From Macrostomum lignano (taxonomy: Eukaryota): a DNA stretch of 64,000 bases. The notes under the pieces are model-generated. The model was not told the origin of the DNA. It saw only the letters and a list, made by a program, of their open reading frames with translations, and made no database searches. Made by a program: the position numbers and the translations under genes. The stretch lies in NCBI GenBank assembly GCA_002269645.1, contig NIVC01000420.1, positions 248,001 to 312,000 of the forward strand, in the 5' to 3' direction. Each line of letters begins with the position of its first letter. The stretch's first letter is position 1. Positions 11,901 through 24,572 of this stretch are shown piece after piece.

Positions 11901-13641
11901 GTTCAAAATCTATCAAACACCCGCATTTAAAGGTACATGTAAAAGTGGAATAGACCTGCACATTCGAGGAGCGTTTGATGACGAACTATTTAGTTTTTTT
12001 CATTTAAATATTGGTCACTTTGTTATACAAGGCATATAAAGCTTCCATCTTCTTGGTCAGTTCGTATTTCAAAATGAAGAACTATAACATGTGACGAATA
12101 AAGCGGAAGACTTTGTGTAGCGGATAATTGGGATTAATCTACGATCCAGCAGATCAGCAGCCGATTTTATCCTTAGCGTGAATTTGCAGATTTAGTATAT
12201 TTGGATTGGTACTTAATTTGATGCGCCTAGCAAGGGCCGGTCAGGATTCAGTTGATTGGTGGGTGGGCTGAGGCAGGCGGTAGAGGGTTAAGGTAAAGAG
12301 GCCAGACAGCTAAGGGACCCGCAAGCTTAGAGCGAGAAGCGAAGCGACGAAGCAAAAGGAGAGAGCGGCCGCTGACTGCAAGTGTATTTTTATAATTGGT
12401 GAGTAAACAAGATAACAACAAGCTTAATCCAAAAACCAGACAAACCCCACTCAGGCGAAATGTACATGTACAAATTAATCGATAAATATATCATACAAGA
12501 ATAACATACGTCAGTACATGTACATAGGTAGGACTACTTTACGATAAATAATTAATAATAACGATATGAATGAAATACAAATAATAGAATAAATACATAA
12601 GAGGCTACAAAAAACAAAGCAATTAACAGTAAAAATAGCGCGATAATAATACGTACGAATATTGTTAAAATAAATGAAAGAATACGGTATGCATATGAAA
12701 ATAAAGAAATACGATACACGCGATTCTACGAATCACACTGTCACAAACAGATGACAATCTATCCAGCAACCAATTGTCTTTTGAAAAACGCTAAAAGCCA
12801 TTTTAACGCAAAATTGAGTGAAATGATCTTTTTCGCCTCCGGATATCTACCCCATTTAGGCTAAAATTAGGCCATAGGTCGGCCATCTCCGGCCCGCAAA
12901 GCCTCTCTATTTGGCCCTTGGGTCATTTGAAACTGCAAAATAGCAATCCAGCCCCATCAAGGTTTGTGTCTCTGAGCTCGACTCTTCTATCTTATCTTCT
13001 CTCTCTCTCTCCTCTTCCCTCTCTCTCTCTCTCTCTCTCGTCTCATCTCTCATCTCCTCGTTCCTTTTCCCTTCTATTCTCTCTCTTACCCCCCTCTCAT
13101 CTGGCCCTAAGCTGGATCTGGCCATTTAGGGGTAAAAAAAATTTGCCGATCCCTGCCATAGACGGTAATAAATATAGCTTTCTGATAAACGTGTATAAGT
13201 GCATCTAATTATGTCAATAGACTATGGAACATCACTTTTCATTGTAACACAAATACAGAATGATAAGACTTCGAATTTGACTATCTACGCTCGTAGAGCT
13301 TCAGGCGCGAAGATGTATGTTTGTGGCTGTGCGCTTAGTTAGAAAGAAGTATCTATACTACCTTAAAATCATCCGTGCTTTTTCAACGTCTCCATGCAGA
13401 AGTTACCGTAAAACTACCGCGTAGAAACAGCAGTACTGAAAGCCCAATAATTTGCCCGTCTCTGTCCATAACCTTGATTCATAATTAACTAGCATAGTTT
13501 CATCTTGCCTGTAATTATCCGCCTAATTCATCTTTCTGCCCCCGGCTTCTTCTGTCCATTTTTGCCATTCTTCTTTCTTGTAAAATGCTACATAATAGAC
13601 ATATATCATATTGACTGGTTGTGTGCATAACTAAATATCAA

Positions 13642-14221
<580 letters not shown>

Positions 14222-15045
14222 GATTTATAAAACTGAAGAAGGAATGGGTTCTTAAGAAAATGTGCATTGTTAACAATTTAATGATAATGGATTTGCGTAA
14301 ATAATTTCGAGGTGCTGAGATGTCATTTATGTCAAAGCTTACTTGGCGAATTGCTGAGATGCCAATAGGATATATATATTTTATTTAATTTTTTTTCATT
14401 CTTTGAACAATTTTATTCGAATAAGCAGATTTATTAAACTGAAGTAGGAATGCTTTTAAGAAAATATGCTTTCATTTCAAAGGATTCTCACAAATAATTT
14501 TCGGGGCGCCCCAAAGGGGGGCAATATAGATTGCTAGTCGAATACTCAGAATATTAATCTGTCTATCAGTGACCTTTGCTTGCCTCTTTGCTGCTTCCCT
14601 CCTAAAAAATTGAAAATTCATTAAAAACAGCACGCCCCAACAGATTCTAATCCAATAGGCGGCATACTTTGAATCAGTCTGGCAGTTCATTAGCCGTCCA
14701 ACTGTTATTAGCGACCTCACTTTGAGCTCCTCTTCGCCAAGATGACACTTGATCAACACTAATGGAAGTAATGATGATTCTGGATAATTCTCAGCTTTCA
14801 TGGAAAGCTTTTTCTCAGCAAGATTAAAAATCTTAAGGCTGATATTTGCCCGAATAAAATTTTTCAACTGCAACTTGACTATAACTAAGGTCATCTCGTG
14901 CAAACTCAAAGATGACTTTTAGTCTAAGGTTTTTACTTGGGTGTCACTCTATCCATTCCTGCGTTACTTTATCCATCTTTTAGGACTCTTTCTCTAGACA
15001 AAATTCTAAGAATTCATGTTTTCACGCTTTTATAACCAACTGCTT

Positions 15046-15738
15046 CTAAATCTGCCTCTCCCTCAGTGCCTGAGAATCTGCCTCTCCCTCAGTGCCTGAG
15101 AATCTGCCTCTCCCTCAGTGCCTGAGAATCTGCCTCTCCGCTCTCCCTCAGTGCTTGAGAATCTGCCTCTCCGCTCTCCCTCAGTACTTGAGAATCTGCC
15201 TCTCCGCTCTCCCTCAGTACTTGAGAATCTGCCTCTCCGCTCTCCCTCAGTACTTGAGAATCTGCCTCTCCCTCAGTGCCTGAGAATCTGCCTCTCCGCT
15301 CTCCCTCAGTGCTTGAGAATCTGCCTCTCCCTCAGTGCCTGAGAATCTGCCTCTCCGTTCTCCCTCAGTGCTTGAGAATCTGCCTCTCCGCTCTCCCTCA
15401 GTACTTGAGAATCTGCCTCTCCCTCAGTGCCTGAGAATCTGCCTCTCCCTCAGTGCCTGAGAATCTGCCTCTCCTTCAGTGCCTGAGAATCTGCCTCTCC
15501 GCTCTCCCTCAGTGCCTGAGAATCTGCCTCTCCCTCAGTGCCTGAGAGTCTGCCTCTCCACCCCCCCTCAGTGCTTGAGAATCTGCCTCTCCCTCAGTGC
15601 CCGAGAATCTGCCTCTCCACCCCCCTCAGTGCTTGAGAATCTGCCTCTCCCTCAGTGCCTGAGAATCTGCCGCTCCGCTCACCCTCAGTGCCTGAGAATC
15701 TGCCTCTCCGCTCTCCCTCAGTGCCTGAGAATCTGCCT
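15046..15738 (+). repeat. 26/33-bp minisatellite CTCAGTGCCTGAGAATCTGCCTCTCC(GCTCTCC)
   Basis: More than 20 copies; the same family occurs inverted at 62530-62905. Confidence 0.95.
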
Positions 15739-16010
15739 TATCAGCTTATTTGATTGACTATCTTAGATAGTTTCGCAGTTGTTAGTCAATGCACAGGATG
15801 CAGATAGTTATTCCCCAGCCCGAATATCCGATTAGATGCAATCTCTAAGGCCCACTGGCTATCAAGCAAAACCCAGCCAATCCCAGACGGCCGATGTAGC
15901 TTTGCACCTGGAGGCTTTAAAGACTGTGTCTGTCTGAGCACCTTTCACACCGCCTCGCTTTGCTCCTTATCCCACACTGACCTGCATTCTCGTTTCCGCT
16001 CATCTCATCC

Positions 16011-16456
16011 ATGCCACCCAGCGGTTCCGCCCATCGAGTCCAGCTGCTGGAAAATCCGCCACAGAACTTCAGCAGTTTCCAGCCCTGCTTCAGTGTCTGG
16101 TCTGAACTTCTCGATTCCTTTGATGCGGATTTTAACTTGAGCAGCTCCTACCGGTACCAGCCTGAGCACTTGGGCCGCTTCCTTAGTCTCAGCGTTGAGA
16201 TCGAGCCGAGCCAGAGTAACAGCAGCGCCAATGCGACTTTCGTTGGAGGCTGTCGGATCTCCGCTCTGCCGTTTAAACCGTTTGCCTTTGTTTTTTTGCT
16301 GGCTGTGGCGGCAGTGTCTGCGGTGGCTAACAGCGCCGTACTTGTCAAACTGCTGGGCTGCTGCCCCAGTCAAAGGCGCCGCTTCTGCTGCCGCCGAAGA
16401 AGAGCTGCTGCTGCGGCTGGAAGTACCTCTGCTCGGGGAATCGGCTCAAAGGTATT

Positions 16457-16506
<50 letters not shown>

Positions 16507-19500
16507 CAGCAGCAGCAGTATTAGCAGCAGCAGCAGTATTAGCAGCAGTAGCAGCAGCAGCAGTATTAGTAGCAGTAGCAGCAGCAGCAGTATTAGTAGC
16601 AGCAGCAGCAGTAGCAGTATTAGTAGCAGTAGCAGCAGCAGCAGTATTAGTAGCAGTAGCAGTAGCAGTAGCAGTAGCAGCAGCAGTAGCAGTAGCAGTA
16701 GCAGCAGCAGTAGCAGTAGCAGCAGCAGTAGCAGTGGCAGTGGCAGTAGCAGTAGCAGTAGCAGCAGCAGTAGCAGTAGCAGTAGCAGCAGCAGTAGCAG
16801 TAGCAGTAGCAGCAGCAGTAGCAGTAGCAGTAGCAGTAGCAGTAGCAGTAGCAGTAGCAGCAGCAGCAGCAGTAGCAGTAGCAGTAGCAGTAGCAGTAGC
16901 AGTAGCAGTAGCAGTAGCAGTAGCAGTAGCAGTAGCAGTAGCAGTAGCAGTAGCAGTAGCAGTAGCAGTAGCAGCAGCAGCAGCAGTAGCAGTAGCAGTA
17001 GCAGTAGCAGCAGCAGTAGCAGTAGCAGTAGCAGTAGCAGTGGCAGTGGCAGTAGCAGTAGCAGTAGCAGTAGCAGTAGCAGTAGCAGCAGCAGTAGCAG
17101 TAGCAGCAGCAGCAGCAGTAGCAGTAGCAGTAGCAGTAGCAGTAGCAGTAGCAGCAGTATCAGCAGCAGTAGCAATAGCAGTGGCAGTAGCAGTAGCAGT
17201 AGCAGTGGCAGTAGCAGTAGCAGCAGCAGTAGCAGTAGCAGTAGCAGTAGCAGTAGCAGTAGCAGTAGCAGTAGCAGTAGCAGTAGCAGTAGCAGTAGCA
17301 GTAGCAGTAGCAGTAGCAGTAGCAGTAGCAGTAGCAGCAGCAGTAGCAGTAGCAGCAGCAGCAGCAGTAGCAGTAGCAGCAGCAGCAGCAGTAGCAGTAG
17401 CAGTAGCAGTAGCAGTAGCAGTAGCAGCAGTATCAGCAGCAGTAGCAATAGCAGTGGCAGTAGCAGTAGCAGTAGCAGTGGCAGTGGCAGTAGCAGTAGC
17501 AGTAGCAGTAGCAGTAGCAGTAGCAGTAGCAGTGGCAGTAGCAGTAGCAGTAGCAGTAGCAGTAGCAGTAGCAGTGGCAGTGGCAGTAGCAGTAGCAGTG
17601 GCAGTAGCAGTAGCAGTAGCAGTGGCAGTACAAGAAAAACTGGGACAAGTGTGTTTGCATGTCGGAAAACTGACAGTTACATGTTCTTTTAATATGAGCC
17701 ACGGGCATAAACTCGACGGACTTTAGACTTGCTGCTATTTTAATTAGCACTCACTGTTGCCCATACACCGCATCCGACATCAGCTCAAGGACTGCTCAAC
17801 CCGCCTCTCATGCAGATGAGTTTCTTCATCCTACACCTGGCAGCGGCTGACCTAGTGGTCTTGCTTACTCCTGTGGTTGAGCTCGTTAATATCTGGTCTG
17901 GCAGCTGGTACGGCGGCCGGTACCTGTGCAAAATCTACAGGATTCTGTCAACATTCGGCCTGTACCTGTCCTCATTTATTGTGGTTGCCATTGCGGCTGA
18001 CAGGTGCGCGGTGATCACGAGACCGTTCAGCATCGCCACGGCTGGACGGCGAGCGCGGCTTCTGCTGATCGGTTGCGTGCTGACGGCCGTGGCCTGCAGC
18101 CTGCCGCAGGTGCTGGGCAAGGAATTTGAGAGCTGGGAACTCCGGGTGCCAATTGGGTTGCTGGGGTCTACGGAGGCTGGACTAGGAAGCAAGTAGTCAT
18201 GCCCATTCCGCTGACCCCACCTCACTCCCTGCCCCTACAGTAACCACCACCTCACTCCCTGTCCCTTCAGTAGCCGCCACCTCACTCCCTGTCCCTTCAG
18301 TAGCCACCACCTCACTCCCTGCCTCTCCAGTAGCCGCCACCTCACCTCTTTTCGAAACCATCTAGATACCTCAAAAATTAACAGGCAGCTGTCTTCGACA
18401 TATTCGAGAGCAGCTTCTTCCAAAGCCACAATCTGGTGTGCATGGAGACATTCGCCGCCGAGCTGGAGAACTCCTACAAACGCCGACTGTACAACATATT
18501 TGCATTCGCTATGATGTACGGTCTGCCACTAATTGTCATTACTGTCTGCTACAGTCGGATTTTGCGCGTTCTAACAGCCAAGTCGCGTAAGTGCAGCACG
18601 CTTTGAATATTTAACAATGCTGAACGATAACTTAACAAATATTTTACTGATAAATGTTGCACAAATTTTAGAGTCTTCCCAGCAACTACAGCAACAGCAG
18701 CAGCATCAGCAGCAGCCAGCAGCCGAGATCAATTACCTACGCGATGACGACAACATATCGCTCCGGCGTAACGACGATGCCAGGGCAATGCGAAGGGCCC
18801 GCAGTTCTACACTGAAGATGTCGGCTATTATTGGTGAGAGAAAGGCCTTCCAGTCCATCCACCTCACTCCCTGCCCCGATAGGCACACCCACCTCACTCC
18901 CTGCCCTTATAGGCACACCCACCTCACTCCATTCCCGATAGACGCACGCACCTCACTCCATTGCCCCGATAGACACACCCATCTCACTCCCTGCCCTGAT
19001 AGGCACGGCATACCCACCTCACTCCTTGCCCCGATAGACATACCTACCTCACTCCCTGCCCCGATAAGCACACCCACCTCACTCTATTCTCTTTCGAGCC
19101 CATTTTCGCTCGTAACCCTCGCATTTCTATGCTTAAATTCTCTAATTCATCTATGTCTATGAGATATACCGGTATATCCAGGTATTAAAATCACTTTGCT
19201 CGGGTTGAACTTCGCAGTATTGGCTTTCCTACTCTGTTGGGCACCTCACTGGTCGGCTACCCTGTGGATCACCTTTACTGGTGGGAGCCATCAGTGAGTT
19301 CAATTTTATCATGCAGAAAACATAGTTTATTGGCTAAACGGTCCAATATTGATCTGTGTATCCTGAGTTCTTTTATATTTACATTGAGAGGCCCTCCGTG
19401 CCTTCTTTTAGAACAGCGCAGAGCGACTCGGACATAATTTATATGTGCCTCACATTTGCTTTTTTCAACTCAGCACTTAATCCACTCATTTATGGTGAGT

Positions 19501-20053
19501 AAAACTTATGCTCCAGAGAGTGAGGTGGATGTGCCTAACGGGGCAGGGAGTGGGGAGGCTGTCTCAATCGGGACAGGGAGTGAGGTTGGTGTGTCAATCG
19601 GGGCAGGAAGTGAAGTTGTTGTGTCAATCGGGGCAGGGAGTGAGGTGGGTGTATCTATCGGGGCAATGGAGTGAAGTGGGTGTGCCTGGGAGTGAGGTGA
19701 GTGTGCTTATCGGGGCAGGGAGTGAGGTGGGTGTGCCTATCAGGGCAGGGAGTGAGGTGGGTGTGCCTATCGGTTCAGGGAGTGAGGTGGGGTATGTCTC
19801 GGGGCATGGGGTGAGGTGGTTGAATATCGGGGCATAGAAAGGCAGGAGTGCATCGTACTTTACAATTAGCTCGTAGGCGCGATTTTCCTATCTCAAATCA
19901 AGGTGAAAAGCGCTAACTGACCAATCAAATTTAGGTGTGTTCACAAACCAGTGTCGCGCCATCTGCGAGCGAGTCTGTCAACGCCGAGATCCGAGTCCTC
20001 CTCTGGGAGATCACATTCCGATGCAACGGGTGCAAATCAGAGACAGAGAGTGA
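16011..20053 (+). CDS. 7-exon neuropeptide GPCR of the GnRH/AKH/corazonin receptor type. Exons: 16011-16451, 17816-18109, 18385-18586, 18672-18833, 19218-19293, 19412-19494, 19935-20053
   Basis: All junctions are GT-AG with compatible phases (0,0,1,1,2,1). The spliced protein has TM1 (VSAVANSAV), MSFFILHLAAADL, W.GG..LCK..R.L..FGLYLSSFIVVAIAADRC, CSLPQ, YGLPLIVITVCYSRI, RRARSSTLKM, CWAP and NSALNPLIYG. Confidence 0.88.
16452..17630 (+). repeat. (GCA/GTA)n triplet/hexamer repeat filling intron 1 of the neuropeptide receptor
   Basis: Begins at the donor AAG|GTATTA; mixture of GCA, GTA and occasional GTG triplets. Confidence 0.95.
18215..18345 (+). repeat. Intron 2 tandem repeat CACCTCACTCCCTG...
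   Basis: About 5 copies of ~30 bp. Confidence 0.8.
18850..19085 (+). repeat. Intron 4 ~30-bp repeat CACCTCACTCCCTGCCCCGATAGGCACACC
   Basis: About 7 copies. Confidence 0.9.
19515..19835 (-). repeat. Intron 6 repeat, the reverse complement of the intron 4 repeat
   Basis: GGGGCAGGGAGTGAGGTGGGTGTGCCTATC is the exact reverse complement of GATAGGCACACCCACCTCACTCCCTGCCCC; about 10 copies. Confidence 0.9.
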
Positions 20054-20504
20054 GATGTGCAATCATCAAGTCTCATACATGGAGCTGTACGAGTAATTGA
20101 CTGATAACAATGTGGATGAATTTCTTGGTGATTATTATTTGTTTAATGAAAATAATTTATTTAGATTGATTTTCAGCTTTACAGTCTTGGAATTCATTGT
20201 CTTATACATGTATTTTTTGGGGATTTGCACTAGTCTTACAATTGTTTTCTCATATCTATCACTGTGTTCGATAATTTTTCAAAATCGAAAATTTTTATTT
20301 CAATGTTGACCCCTGTCAATCGATCTGCACTTTTTGAGACAGCTTTACAGATTTCATAGCAGCATTTGTGTGTCGTCAGTGGACTGTTGCCCTTACCTTA
20401 TGCGCCATCTACCGTATTGTAATTACATTCTTCTATCGACATGACTGTCTAACGCACCACTTCACCGCAACACGCTTCTTTCGAGTACTTAGATTAAGAT
20501 TAGT

Positions 20505-20700
20505 CTGACATTGCTGTGCACTGTAGCGCCTGAGACTACTGTCTCTCTTTGTCTGACACTTCATTGTAGCGCCTGACACTGCTGTCTCCCATTCTTCTGA
20601 CACTTCATTGTAGCGTATCACACTAGCACTGTCTCGACTATTCTTCTGACACTATCGTCTCCATGCTTCTGACAATTCCCTGCACTGCCTGACACTACTA
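20505..20700 (+). repeat. CTGACACTTCA(C/T)TGTAGCGCCTGACAC-family tandem repeat, copy 1
   Basis: Same unit family as 21810-22130. Confidence 0.8.
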
Positions 20701-21099
20701 CAATGCAGCACTAATTTTGCTAAATTCCGACAGCCCGACATCAATTGCAATTATATACGAGAATCATGTTTTTGAGCATTTAATCTTACGAGCGTAGAGT
20801 ACACCTTCGAATCGCTCGATTCTTCATCAACAGCAAACTATACGAGTGTAGTATTGCATTTTGAAGGAACTGAGAATAATAAAGCTCCTGGCCTCATCAG
20901 ATGAAAGAGGAAACTACGACGGACAAGCTCCCCTGACAAAAATAATTTCTTTTCCTGAAGCTTTACTTTTAGAAAAATGTTCTGCTTCCGAAAAAATGAT
21001 TTTCGCTCGATGCAATGCAGAATGCTGGAAATTTCAAATTGCAAATCCGGTCAAATGTGGATGGGAAAAATTATTGTCGTACCCAGATACATCTACACC

Positions 21100-21556
21100 A
21101 TAGATACTAAAATAACTAGATGGGCCACTCCGGCATTTATCACAGAATTTACATATATTCTGTGGGCATATTTACTTAGTAAAACAGCTTAATACTTTCG
21201 GTTCAGTTCAGTAGCAAAGAATACATAAACTATTTTATAAAAATAAACGCAGCTGAAATGATAAGTTTAGAAGCCCAATGCTTGCTAATTGTTTCACCAA
21301 TAATGTACATTGGCCAGTCCACTGAAATGTACATAGCAGCTTTATGCTGGAATTCCGAGAAAGGCAATAAAAATTGGGGCGGGGGGTAGTGTGTAGAGGC
21401 TCGGTTGGGGGTTTAAGCTGGGGGTAAGAGCCAATAAATGATCATTGGCTTTAAAAATACATTAAAAAGCTTCTGTTTAACTCACTACTGAACTGAAAGT
21501 AGTTTACAAGCAAATGTGCTGAGTGGCCCATCTAGATAGTTATTCTAGTATCTGTG
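21100..21556. mobile_element. Possible MITE with ~40-bp imperfect terminal inverted repeats
   Basis: AGATACTAAAATAACTAGATGGGCCACTC (~21102-21130) versus GAGTGGCCCATCTAGATAGTTATTCTAGTATCT (~21520-21552). No target-site duplication identified. Confidence 0.45.
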
Positions 21557-21809
21557 TCTACACCGAAGTTGCTTAATAAGTTTTCTTCATTGGTTTACAG
21601 TGAAAAATGTTTATTTAATTGCACCTGTAATTTGCAAATTTATTAGCACTGAGCAGAGCACCGTAGAACACGTACCGGTAGTTACATGATTATACATATA
21701 AAACATACTCACAATTTGGCAAAAGGTACGCAACATACAGACAATGACCAGAAAATATGTTATTGACACATGATTTTAGCAACTGCACCTGCTAATCCAT
21801 TCTCAGCAT

Positions 21810-22130
21810 TCTGACACTTCACTGTAGCGCCTGACACAACTGTCTCCCCTTCTGACACTTCACTGTAGCACCTGACGCAACTGTCTCCCCTTCTTCTGAC
21901 ACTTCACTGTAGCACCTGACACTACTGTCTCCCCTTCCTCTGACACAAGTGTAGCGTCTGACACTCTACTGTCCCTCCTGACACTTCACTGTAGCGTCTG
22001 ACACTCTACTGTCATTGTCTGACACTTCACTGTAGCGTCTGACACTCTACTGTCATTGTCTGACACTTCACTGTAGCGCCCGACACTCTACTGTCCCTTT
22101 CTGACACTTCACTGTAGCGCTTGACACTAT
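21810..22130 (+). repeat. CTGACACTTCACTGTAGCG-family tandem repeat, copy 2
   Basis: About 8 copies of ~38-42 bp, directly downstream of the CS-domain gene stop codon. Confidence 0.85.
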
Positions 22131-22225
22131 CGGCATACCCCGACAATCTGAAGTTCTGACAGCAGATATTTCCAATGATAAAAAAATTATACAAAAAAGT
22201 TACGCGAAATAAGAACTCGTTTTTT

Positions 22226-23371
22226 TCATTTTCCTTTCAACGAGTCCAGAGTCAGGATGGGGTTCTCTGCAGCCTTCAAGTCGAACTCGGCCCACGCTGG
22301 GTCTCCTGTATCCCTCACCAGGTAGACTTTGACGAAACCATCTCCAACTTCATGGGTGCTCTTTGCCTGGTCAATTCTGGCGCACAGCTTCGGGATGCTG
22401 CACCCATGAGGGATGGCGCCAGGCTGCCTGGTGAACTGCACCATCAGCGACTCCGGCTCCAGCCGCACCGTCAGGTCGCCTTCGGCCACTTCAGCCGAAG
22501 TCCAACGACTTGGCCGGCGAAGAAAGTTCGAATGAAGATCCAACTTCGGCTTGATGCCTTCGATGGTCAGGCAGATGCGGATGGTGTTGGCTCGCTTCCG
22601 GTGCAGTTGAACTCAAGACGGACAGGTGTACGGCTCGATGGCGAACGCCGCCGCTGCTGCTCCTACTGCTGCTTCGGTTGTTGAAGCTGGCGGCTGCAGT
22701 GTGGCTGCTGAGGACGAATAATAGAAAGTCTTGGTGGAGGGCGATTCTCTGGGAGAATCACAGTGAGGTAAGCGGCGATTCTCTGGGAGATTCTCAGAGA
22801 GGTGAGGGGTGATTTTCTGGGAGATTCTCAGAGAGGTGAGGGGTGATTTTCTGGGAGATTCTCAGAGAGGTGAGGGGTGATTCTTTCGGAGATTTTCAGT
22901 GAAGGGCCGTTATCTAGGAAATTCTTTTTGATAGGCGATTCTATGAGTTTTTTAATTTAGTAGAATCACCAGAATAGACGGAGCTAATTTATGCGTATCC
23001 TACTTAAAGTAGATGATCGTAAAACAAAATGGGCGCTTACAAAGAACTGTTTTGTCGTGAAATTTGTCAGCAGTGATCACATCACTCAGTCTGAAATAAT
23101 TAAATTTCTCACCGCTAGCTGAAGCACCACCGGCAGTAGCTGTAGCTCCTCCAGCTGGTGCTTCCTCGCCTTCCTCTTCTTCAGCATCCGCTTCTGCTGC
23201 CGCCGGATTTTTCTGGGCTTCTTCATCGCCTCCTCCATTGGCATTTTCACTATCGCTCCCCTCATCGTCGCTTTCCTTTTGTTCTTCTTTTGTTGCTGCG
23301 GCGTCTTTTGGCGGCTGTTCTGGCTCCGGTTCCTGCCGCGGCTCCGTCTCTTCTAGCTGCGGCTGCTCCAT
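22226..23371 (-). CDS. Two-exon gene (23371-23113, 22707-22226): acidic N-terminus plus CS (p23/HSP20-like) domain, with one in-frame TGA at 22615-22613
   Basis: ATG at 23371, donor AGCG|GTGAGA, acceptor TCCTCAG|CA (phase 1). The frame runs ...FAIEPYTCPS*VQLHRKRANTIRICLTIEG...DLTVRLEPESLMVQF...KLCARIDQAKSTHEVGDGFVKVYLVR...W; the L...ID...S...V....V.V.L.R...W pattern is typical of CS domains. It may be a pseudogene or a recoded gene. Confidence 0.6.
22760..22895. repeat. 34-bp intronic repeat GATTTTCTGGGAGATTCTCAGAGAGGTGAGGGGT
   Basis: 3-4 copies in the intron of the CS-domain gene. Confidence 0.8.
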
Positions 23372-24572
23372 ACTTCCGTCTTCCGTGTCGTTTGTTTAAG
23401 AAATCGGGCTTGATAAGTTGGAGGACTGGGAGTCCGGGACCACTGGGTGAGCGGAGAATCGGGAGCTTTAGGCTACAAAGACCTGTGGTGGAGGGGTGGC
23501 TGGGCCATCTTTCTTCTCTCTCCTCTTTCCCTTACCCTACCCCACCATCCCGATCTGAACCGAATTCCTTCACCCGTCCCCCGCCTGAATGTAGACATAC
23601 GGGTGCGCAATCTATTTTTAGAATACGCAGTCACCACACCACCCCTCCCCTGGAGGGGCTTTCATATCGGGCTCCCACACTTAGTTCTACTTCTGAAATA
23701 CCCCCCCAGGCGCCATGACGTGTACACTGGAATTGGAACCCCAATTTGACTAATTACGAGAATATGTTGGGGCTTCTGCGTTTATCGATTTTTCTCTCCT
23801 CCCCAGTTTATAGTAAAGGAAATGTCGGAACTCGGAATCCAAGGTGAACACACACAGCACCCACCCAATAACCACAAATACGATAGTTAATCAGTGATGT
23901 AATTCTATGAGTAAGCCAATTTCTTTTAATCCTCTTTAATTCTGTGACATTAATAGACCAAAGGAGGCAAGAATTTCATGACAATAAACTCCCACCAGAC
24001 CAAAATATCGTTGTTTGGCCACCTTAAATGCTAGTACGTGACTGGGGGCTAAATGAGTCTTAAGGCCCTAAATTTTGCAAAAACGCAGTTTTGTCAGTGA
24101 CAAAATATCACTCGATTTATTTAACGAGAGGTTGAGAAATTCCCGAAACAGTACAAGGTTAATAGTATATTAATACACATGCCTTAAGCATTTTTATCGT
24201 TTATTTAAATGCAAAGCCGTATAGGTAAAATCGTAGAAACATGAAAGCTAGTGCACCGAAATGCATTGCAAATGCAGCACGTACAAGCATTGGCAGTAAC
24301 TCAGTAAGTATACGGTACACATAGTCTCGCTTCTTGTAATACAACAACTTAATTAAGTGGCAAATCGAAGCATAACGGAGGCGAAATACGAAACAACGAA
24401 TAAAATAATAGACTTATAAATTAAACTTTGAAGCCATTGTAACTTGGCACTTAAAAGCAATATTGATAAAGCTTCGAAACTTTAATTGCAATTGCAGTAC
24501 AGCTCTGTCACTTTTCTGTCTTTATCATAGGCTTTTTGCCAAAGTGCCCAGGTGCCTAGGCTAGGTGACCTG

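Noticed and set aside
21980-22060. ATGA...TGA spacing in the 3' repeat as a SECIS for the CS-domain gene
   Set aside because: The helix is too short and mismatched, with no apical AA motif; it needs a SECISearch run and is not supported by eye.
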